Shown: positions 15,847 to 22,356 of the stretch, one piece after another
Numbering within the stretch: position 1 is the stretch's first letter
How the letters are laid out: the number at the start of each line of letters is the position of its first letter
Source: Candidatus Bathyarchaeia archaeon
GTDB lineage: Archaea > Thermoproteota > Bathyarchaeia > Bathyarchaeales > Bathycorpusculaceae
Direction of reading: 5' to 3'
NCBI GenBank assembly: GCA_038869575.1
Contig: JAWCQV010000001.1
Coordinates: 1 to 24,964, forward strand
DNA: 24,964 nucleotides
Program-made: the position numbers and the translations under genes
Notes under the pieces: generated by a model
Told to the model about the DNA's origin: nothing
The model's input: the letters and a program-made list of their open reading frames with translations, nothing else
Databases searched by the model: none

Positions 15847-17970
15847 ATGGAAACGGTTTACATCTGCCGCCGATGCAGAAAAACTTACTCCGCCGAAGAA
15901 TATTTGAGGAACCATTTCTGTGCAAAATGTGGTACCTTTTTAATAAGGGCAATGGCACATCAAACTGCAACGGAAAAAAGAGTTTCAGAGGCTGAAGAAC
16001 ACTTTGAGAATTTGGTTAAGGAATTCTTCCCATACCAAAGTTTCCGTCCCTTCCAGCTTGAAGCTATAAAATTTGCCTATCAAGTGATTAAAGACGGAAA
16101 AATCGGTTTGCTATGTTCCCCATGTGGCACCGGAAAATCCATCTCAATTTTAACAGCTTTTTTCGTGGCTAAGAAACAAAATCCTTCAATAGGAAGGCTT
16201 ATAGCCCTAACTAGAACGAAAAATCAGCTTGAAATCTACTCAAGAGAGCTAAAAAACATAAAAGACCATTGTGGCACAAGCTTTGCCGCATCCATCTTCA
16301 AAAGCAAGAAGGAGATGTGCCCCCACGCCTTCGAAGACCCCAAGCTCAGGGACATAGCCTACCGAGACTTTCTTTACTACTGCAAGGGCTTGAAGGAAGG
16401 ATTGTTCGGCAAAAAATGCGAATACTATGATAGGACATATGATGGGTGGAAGCCAAGCTGGCAAGCCTACAATTTGGTGGGCAAAATAAAGAAAATTGGA
16501 CCTCTACTGCCAGAGGAAACCTATGACATATGCCGCGACGCAGGGTTATGCCCATATGAAGTTACAAAGATTTTGACACGTTACGCAGACATCGTCATAG
16601 GCAATTACAACTACATTTTGGTGGATGCCATACGTGGCTCAATTCTAGGAAAGGCCGGAATACGCATGAAGGCGATTAACTGCGTCTTTGATGAGGCTCA
16701 CAGCCTCCCATACTATGCAAGCGGCATATTTTCAGAAGAGCTTTCATCAAGGTCTGTTAGAAGAGCCTATAAAGAGGTTAAAAATTTCGAGGTCGACGAT
16801 TTGGGCTTTTTGGAAGCCTTATACACGATCATGATGAATTTTGGCAAAAAGGTTTACAGGAACTATGGATTGGACGTTGAACACATAATCAATGGAGAAA
16901 TACTAATTGAAGCATTAACCGAGAAACTTAAAATCGATCATCGAAAACTGGGGAAGGTGCTGCTAGAACTCGCTGAGCAGGGTGAACAAATCCGCGTTAA
17001 AAGGAGTGAAATGGGAAAAAGTCCATCATCGTATCTCTCACGCTGCGTGGAATTTCTCTCCAATTGGGTAAATTTAACCGGCTCAAGCTACGTACGATAT
17101 GTTAAGGTTGAAGCGGACAGAAACCAGAAAAAACGAGTGAGACTTGGAATTAGATGCCTTGATCCATCGTTGGCGGCTGCCATCATTAACGAGCTTCGCT
17201 CCACCATACTTATGTCAGGCACTTTGTGGAACATGGACTATTACATGGATGTTTTAGGTCTTGACAGAGGTCGCTGCCAAAGCCTAGAGCTCCCAAACCC
17301 TTTTCCACCAGAGAATAGGCTTATTATCGTGGATGAGGCGGTTACGACGAAGTTTGAAAAACGCAACGAAATACAATGGAAACGCATGGCAGCCCATCTC
17401 AGCCAAATAATTCAAAAGGTTGGTGGAAGAGTTGCCGTATACTTCCCATCATACGAGGTTATGAGAGACATAGCCCATCTAGTCAAACTGGAACAGCCGC
17501 TGCTGGTGGAAGAGAAGCGAACAAAAATTCTGGACGTGCTCAAGTTTTTAGAAGAAAATGGTAGCTGTGCTGTTTTCGGTGTGGCGAGAGGAAAAATAAG
17601 CGAGGGCGTTGACATGACAATGGATGGAAGAAGCCTACTTTCTGCAGTCATAATTGTTGGGCTTCCGTATCCAAAAAAGACTGAACTTCAAGCGGCCTTA
17701 TACAAATATTTTAAGGAGAAATTTGGGACTAGAGCTATGGAATACGCCAATAACATGCCATGCTTAAATGCGTTAGCTCAATCAGCAGGAAGACTCCTAC
17801 GCAGTCCAGAAGATCGGGGCATAATAGTCATTATGGATAGGCGTGCTACTGGAAGATTTAAACGTAAACTACCGGAAGAGTGGCAAAAAGAGATGAAAGC
17901 TTATTTGCGGATAGAGAGAATCATCGCAAGAATCGAGCAGTTTATCGCCAATAACCCTTTAAGCTTGTAG
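15847..17970 (+). CDS. xpd: XPD/Rad3/DinG-family SF2 Fe-S DNA helicase with N-terminal Zn ribbon
   Basis: Q motif FRPFQ, Walker A SPCGTGKS, Fe-S Cys cluster (MCPH, YYCK, KCEYY, CRDAGLCPY), NYNY, DEAH, SGTL, FPSY, SEGVD, GLPYP and QSAGRLLRSPEDRG. Confidence 0.9.
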   Translation: METVYICRRCRKTYSAEEYLRNHFCAKCGTFLIRAMAHQTATEKRVSEAEEHFENLVKEFFPYQSFRPFQLEAIKFAYQVIKDGKIGLLCSPCGTGKSISILTAFFVAKKQNPSIGRLIALTRTKNQLEIYSRELKNIKDHCGTSFAASIFKSKKEMCPHAFEDPKLRDIAYRDFLYYCKGLKEGLFGKKCEYYDRTYDGWKPSWQAYNLVGKIKKIGPLLPEETYDICRDAGLCPYEVTKILTRYADIVIGNYNYILVDAIRGSILGKAGIRMKAINCVFDEAHSLPYYASGIFSEELSSRSVRRAYKEVKNFEVDDLGFLEALYTIMMNFGKKVYRNYGLDVEHIINGEILIEALTEKLKIDHRKLGKVLLELAEQGEQIRVKRSEMGKSPSSYLSRCVEFLSNWVNLTGSSYVRYVKVEADRNQKKRVRLGIRCLDPSLAAAIINELRSTILMSGTLWNMDYYMDVLGLDRGRCQSLELPNPFPPENRLIIVDEAVTTKFEKRNEIQWKRMAAHLSQIIQKVGGRVAVYFPSYEVMRDIAHLVKLEQPLLVEEKRTKILDVLKFLEENGSCAVFGVARGKISEGVDMTMDGRSLLSAVIIVGLPYPKKTELQAALYKYFKEKFGTRAMEYANNMPCLNALAQSAGRLLRSPEDRGIIVIMDRRATGRFKRKLPEEWQKEMKAYLRIERIIARIEQFIANNPLSL

Positions 17971-18026
17971 GAATTTCTCCGCAAGCTTTTTACAGTTCGC
18001 CCCAGAACATTTCAAAGGGGATAGTT

Positions 18027-18773
18027 TTGAGCGAAGAAATCAAAATTATTGAGAGGAAGGAAATCCAAAAAGGGGCAGTTATGATTTTCGGTTTTCCAGA
18101 CGTTGGACTCGTCGGCGTCATAGCAGCGTCCCACTTGATTTCAGAGTTGGGGTTGGAGGAAGTTGCCTACATGGATTCAAGGCTTCTGCCCCCAGTAATT
18201 GTCCTACACGAAGGGCTCCCCCATTCGCCAATAAGGATTTTTGGAAACCACCAAATTCTCTTAGCAGTGTCAGAAACAGCCTTACGAGAAGATCTCATCT
18301 ACCCAATAATGCACACACTAATCGACTGGGGGAAGGATAAAGGGACAAAAATGATGATTTCGCTGAGCGGCATACCAGTTCAAGATAGACAAGACCTAGA
18401 CGAGCTGAAGGTTTTCGCGGCAGCCTCAAGCCTAGAAATGCTGAAAATGGCTGAGGGCAAGGGCTTAGAAATTTTGAGGGAGGGCTACATGGTTGGCCCT
18501 CAAGCGGTAATGCTTCAGTACTGCGCCACCCTTGGAGTCCCAGCCTTGACGCTTTTGGCACAGTGTTTCTTCAACTATCCAGATCCAGAAGCGGCAGCCA
18601 AAGCGCTGGAGCAGTTAGCGAACCTAGCTGATGTGAAGGTGGATGTTTCAAAGCTTTTGGAAAAAGGCGAGGAAATACGTCTAAAAGCGAGAGATATGAT
18701 GAAAAGGACCCAGCAGGAACTGGCGAAGATGCGGAAGACACAGGAATACGACATACCATTATACATTTCCTAG
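18027..18773 (+). CDS. PAC2-family proteasome assembly chaperone-like protein
   Basis: GFPDVGLVGVIAASHLI, PHSPIRIF, GPQAVML and YPDPEAAAKAL; about 250 aa. Confidence 0.88.
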   Translation: MSEEIKIIERKEIQKGAVMIFGFPDVGLVGVIAASHLISELGLEEVAYMDSRLLPPVIVLHEGLPHSPIRIFGNHQILLAVSETALREDLIYPIMHTLIDWGKDKGTKMMISLSGIPVQDRQDLDELKVFAAASSLEMLKMAEGKGLEILREGYMVGPQAVMLQYCATLGVPALTLLAQCFFNYPDPEAAAKALEQLANLADVKVDVSKLLEKGEEIRLKARDMMKRTQQELAKMRKTQEYDIPLYIS

Positions 18774-18782
18774 GGGGGTCTG

Positions 18783-19238
18783 ATGAAAATGTCGGATTAC
18801 AGCCGCAGAAGACGCTCAATCTTCGACATAATAAATGAGTATTTTGAAAACTTTGAAGCATTGGCTGAAAGGGTAAGAGAAACCATTATGGAGAGACCCA
18901 GCTGGAACTGTAGAACATGCACCATGGAACCTTTAAGAGATATTATGGTAACAGCCAACGAAGTAGTAGTGACTGTTGACTTGCCCTACGCTGAGCAAAA
19001 CACAATAGAAGTTAAACCCATTGGCAAAGATATTATAGAGATTTCGGCTAAAATGAGGCGTAAAATAAGTTTTGACGATTTCGGTATAACTCATCATAGA
19101 GGCGAGTTCCAGAAGTTTTACTGCCAGACGAGGATTCCGGTGCCCGTCTACATGAACCGCATGGAAATCCGATTCAAGCGGGGACTATTAGAAATTCGCT
19201 TCCCGAGAAAACACGAGTACGAAATTCCGATAGAATGA
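18783..19238 (+). CDS. hsp20: Small heat shock protein (Hsp20/alpha-crystallin)
   Basis: EPLRDIMVTANEVVVTVDLP and RIPVPV...FKRGLLEIRFPR (alpha-crystallin GxLxI motif), C-terminal IPIE (IxI motif). Confidence 0.85.
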   Translation: MKMSDYSRRRRSIFDIINEYFENFEALAERVRETIMERPSWNCRTCTMEPLRDIMVTANEVVVTVDLPYAEQNTIEVKPIGKDIIEISAKMRRKISFDDFGITHHRGEFQKFYCQTRIPVPVYMNRMEIRFKRGLLEIRFPRKHEYEIPIE

Positions 19239-19300
19239 AGCCTCAGCTCTCCTCAGTCGTCGTCACAATTCAGACGGCTCTTCTTGCATCATTGGCTTCA
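19236..19300 (-). ncRNA. Box C/D 2'-O-methylation guide sRNA
   Basis: Minus strand 5'-UGAAGCC A AUGAUGC AAGAAGAGCCGU CUGA AUU GUGACGA CGACUGAGGAGAG CUGA GGCUUCA-3'. It has a 7-bp terminal stem, C box (6/7), 12-nt guide, perfect D', C' (6/7), 13-nt guide and perfect D. Confidence 0.85.
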
Positions 19301-19355
19301 AAAAAACAAAAGCAAAACAGACAAATAAGCTTAATGAAAAATGTAAATAAAAACT
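19301..19355 (-). terminator. U-rich tract downstream of aIF5A (candidate terminator and/or sRNA promoter region)
   Basis: Minus strand TTTTTATTTACATTTTTC...TTTTGCTTTTGTTTTTT immediately upstream of the sRNA. Confidence 0.35.
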
Positions 19356-19451
19356 GGCTATCTTGCTGAACGAGAAAAACAATTCTTGAGGTTTATAAGG
19401 ATCAAGTACAAAGGCGCTACACTAACATGAACTAGAGCAGTAGTGATCAAG

Positions 19452-19844
19452 CTATTTTGCTCTTACAATCTTAATTTTGCCAAGTATTTTCCAATATTCG
19501 ATTTCAACGCCGGGAGATAGCTTAGCCTTAAGCTCTTCCTCTTCAGGGTATGGCGCGTCCAAATATTCGTAGGTTTCTAAGTCCATAATCTGGACGCTCG
19601 TGGGTGTGACGGCGAAAATTTGCCCGCTTCTCTTTTCTATTATAGGCACTTCAGCTGTTGCATCTACAGGTTTAACGATACTTCTTTTAACACCGTCGAA
19701 GACGCCTATAGCAACTATTCGAGCCTTGGCGGAGCCATGCTTTCCCGGCTTAGATTTCGTTATCTCAACTATTCTGCATGGTTCACCATCAACTATAAGG
19801 TAGCCGCCTTCTCTTAGGCTTCCAACATCAACAGGCTTGCTCAT
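19452..19844 (-). CDS. eif5a: Translation factor aIF5A (eIF5A)
   Basis: Hypusination motif SKPGKHGSAKAR and IDGEPC-like region. SD GGTGATGAT upstream. Confidence 0.97.
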   Translation of the reverse strand: MSKPVDVGSLREGGYLIVDGEPCRIVEITKSKPGKHGSAKARIVAIGVFDGVKRSIVKPVDATAEVPIIEKRSGQIFAVTPTSVQIMDLETYEYLDAPYPEEEELKAKLSPGVEIEYWKILGKIKIVRAK

Positions 19845-19875
19845 ATCATCACCAGCTTAACCGTTCCACCACAGC

Positions 19876-19934
19876 AATTTTAAACAACACCCATATATAA
19901 GTTGAGGTTAAAGATTTCGCTGTCGAAGGAGGAG
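19876..19934. promoter_or_regulatory. Divergent promoters aIF5A / nadK, plus the nadK SD
   Basis: TATATAA at 19894-19900 (+), TTTAAAATT at 19884-19876 (-), and GGAGGAG at 19928-19934 before ATG 19938. Confidence 0.55.
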
Positions 19935-19937
19935 AAA

Positions 19938-20786
19938 ATGTTCAAAAGCGCCGGCATAGTAGCCCGCTATGATAAACGAAACGCCATAAAACTTGCCGAG
20001 GACCTAATGGATTACATAGAAAAAAAGGGTTTAAAGGTTTACATCGAAGAAACGTTGAAGGGGAAAATGAAGAAGGGAGGGAATTTCCGTCCACTAGAAG
20101 ACATGAAAACAGACTTAATAATAACGATTGGCGGGGATGGAACAATTTTAAGGACATGTGTAGCGGTTCCAAAGCCGGAACCTCCAATATTGGCAGTTAA
20201 TATGGGTGTTCGAGGCTTCCTAACAGAGGTAACACCGAAAGATGCGCACACGGCCATTGAAAGATGCCTTAAGGGCGACTACATCATGGAAAGATGCGCA
20301 AAGCTCTCCATTAAAGCAGGCGATATAATAATTCCGGATGCATTAAATGAGGTTTTAATAGCTGTGGACGAACCAGTTAAACTGTTATACGCTAGAGTTT
20401 CAAAAAACGGTGAGCACATTTTAGATTGTCAAGCAGACGGATTGATGGTGGCCACCCAAACTGGTTCAACGGGCTATTCGCTTTCAGCCGGGGGACCCGT
20501 TCTAGACCCGCATGTTGATGCTTTCGTTTTCACCCCGGTATGCTCCCTAAGTGTTTTACGCTCAATAGTTTTCCCTAGTGACTCTAAAATAACTATAGCA
20601 GTCTTAAGACCCAAACGGGTGATGATTGTTGTTGATGGGGCTTATAAGCACGTTTTAGAGTCTAAAAATATACGCATAACGGTTACACGTTCAAATAACT
20701 GGACAAAATTTATCAGATTCCGGGAAAACTTCTATAGCCGTCTGAGAAGTAGGCTTATTTTCCGCGGGTTTGGAGGAAAAATCTAA
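19938..20786 (+). CDS. nadK: NAD(+) kinase
   Basis: GGDGT, GVRGFLTE, ALNE and ADGLMVATQTGSTGYSLSAGGP. Start placed at ATG 19938 (strong SD); the track TTG 19902 abuts the TATA box. Confidence 0.94.
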   Translation: MFKSAGIVARYDKRNAIKLAEDLMDYIEKKGLKVYIEETLKGKMKKGGNFRPLEDMKTDLIITIGGDGTILRTCVAVPKPEPPILAVNMGVRGFLTEVTPKDAHTAIERCLKGDYIMERCAKLSIKAGDIIIPDALNEVLIAVDEPVKLLYARVSKNGEHILDCQADGLMVATQTGSTGYSLSAGGPVLDPHVDAFVFTPVCSLSVLRSIVFPSDSKITIAVLRPKRVMIVVDGAYKHVLESKNIRITVTRSNNWTKFIRFRENFYSRLRSRLIFRGFGGKI

Positions 20787-21310
20787 CGGCGATTTCTGGC
20801 AAAAAAATCGTTGTGCTAGACACTTCAGCTTTTGTGGCCGGCTTCGATCCATTCTCGATAAGTGAGGAGCAGTATACGGTCCCGATGGTTAGGGAGGAGG
20901 TTGCGGGAAGCCACATAGCTAGAATACGGTTTAAAACAGCCATCGAAAGCGGACGCCTAAAAATTAAGGCGCCAGAAGAAGTCTACGTTGAAAGAGTCAA
21001 GGCAGCAGCTAAAGCCGTTGGCAATGCTTTCTGGCTTTCTGAAACAGACATACAAGTTTTGGCTTTCGCGTTACAGCTGAAAATGCAAGGTTTTACGCCG
21101 GTTGTGGCCACAGACGATTATTCCATTCAGAATGTAGCGCGACATCTAGGCATAGAGTTTGCACCCCTTGCAACTTTTGGCATACGCTTAAAATTGAAGT
21201 GGGTAAGGTATTGTCCTGCATGTCATAAAAAATACCCATCGGACTACAGGTCAAGGAAATGTCAAGTCTGCGGAACAGAGCTTAAAAGGAAACCTTTAAG
21301 AAAAACCTAA
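20786..21310 (+). CDS. nob1: Nob1 PIN-domain endoribonuclease with C-terminal Zn ribbon (16S 3'-end processing)
   Basis: KKIVVLDTSAF, LSETDIQVLA, TDDYSIQNVA and CPAC...CQVCG. First standard start is GTG 20813, but coding-like sequence extends to ACG 20786 (see findings). Confidence 0.9.
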   Translation, partial: TAISGKKIVVLDTSAFVAGFDPFSISEEQYTVPMVREEVAGSHIARIRFKTAIESGRLKIKAPEEVYVERVKAAAKAVGNAFWLSETDIQVLAFALQLKMQGFTPVVATDDYSIQNVARHLGIEFAPLATFGIRLKLKWVRYCPACHKKYPSDYRSRKCQVCGTELKRKPLRKT

Positions 21311-21340
21311 CAAAAAAGTTGACTGCTTGGGCGAACTAAT

Positions 21341-21916
21341 ATGGGTTATATCGAAAGAAAAGTTGTATACTTTAAAGGTGCTGGAAAGGTGAATACGGAC
21401 ACGCTGTTAGATATCGTTAAGGAGTACGCTGAAAAGGAGGGCATAAGAGACATCGTTGTTGCGTCGACAACTGGCGAAACAGGAGCTAAAGCCTCAAAGA
21501 TTTTCAGGAGTTATAATGTTGTGGTTGTAACCCATCATGTCGGTTTCCAGAAGCCCGGAGAAAGCGAACTAAAAGAGGAATTCAAAAAAGAAATCTTAAA
21601 TAACGGTGGCAAAATTTTCGCAGGAACTCATGCCCTTAGCAGTGTTGAGCGGGCTATACGGAAAAATTTTGGAACTCTTCAGCCCCTTGAGCTTATAGCG
21701 AATGTTTTAAGACTTATGGGCGAGGGCACAAAAGTATGTGTGGAAATAGTTCTCATGGCGGCTGATGCTGGACTAATCCCAGTAGACAGGGACGTCATAG
21801 CCATGGCCGGAACTGGAAGTGGTGCAGACACTGCATTGCGTATTCAACCGGCAAACAGTGCAAGTTTTTTCGATTTAAAAATAAAAGAAGTTATAGCAAA
21901 GCCTTCCAGCTTTTAA
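21341..21916 (+). CDS. Pyruvate kinase C-terminal-like domain protein (MTH1675/DUF1867 family), function unknown
   Basis: IVVASTTGETG, VVVTHHVGF, HALSSVER, GEGTKVCVEIVLMAADAG and AGTGSGADTA. Confidence 0.85.
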   Translation: MGYIERKVVYFKGAGKVNTDTLLDIVKEYAEKEGIRDIVVASTTGETGAKASKIFRSYNVVVVTHHVGFQKPGESELKEEFKKEILNNGGKIFAGTHALSSVERAIRKNFGTLQPLELIANVLRLMGEGTKVCVEIVLMAADAGLIPVDRDVIAMAGTGSGADTALRIQPANSASFFDLKIKEVIAKPSSF

Positions 21917-22341
21917 ACATTACTGGATTCGCGTTTACTGAAGTAAATTATATCGTGATGCTCAATATATCCACATTTTCTAAAAAGTTTCTTGGAAGCT
22001 TCATTCTCGTTCTCAATTAACGCACAAAAGATCTTGACACCGTGATCCCTAAGCACTTTTTCGGCTTCAGCAATTAACGCGCTTGCAATGCCGCGGCGCC
22101 TAAAGTCAGAATCTACTGCCAGCCGGTTTATCCAACCCTTCCGACCATCAGAACTGGCAACGACTGCGCCGACCAAACGGTCATTTTCAAACGCCCCTAA
22201 GAAATATTCCGGGTTTGCACTTATCTGTCTCGTTACAGCCTTCTTGCTGTCTCTCCCTTTTGGTTTATAAGGTAGACCTGCCCTACGCCAAAGATTAATG
22301 AGCTCTTCATAATGGTCTATTGTTAATTTCCGAATTTCCAT
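21913..22341 (-). CDS. GNAT family N-acetyltransferase (YpeA-like)
   Basis: DGRKGWINRLAVDSDFRRRGIASAL (acetyl-CoA binding motif A) and NEASKKLFRKCGY. Confidence 0.9.
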   Translation of the reverse strand: MEIRKLTIDHYEELINLWRRAGLPYKPKGRDSKKAVTRQISANPEYFLGAFENDRLVGAVVASSDGRKGWINRLAVDSDFRRRGIASALIAEAEKVLRDHGVKIFCALIENENEASKKLFRKCGYIEHHDIIYFSKRESSNV

Positions 22342-22356
22342 GGAAAATTTTAGCCT

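Noticed and set aside
19263-19382. 39-aa hydrophobic minus-strand ORF (MFFSFSKIASFYLHFSLSLFVCFAFVFLKP...)
   Set aside because: Hydrophobicity is a by-product of the T-rich tract, there is no SD, and it overlaps the much better supported C/D sRNA.
19902-19937. TTG start of nadK given by the ORF track
   Set aside because: It lies immediately after the TATA box and upstream of a strong SD that serves ATG 19938.
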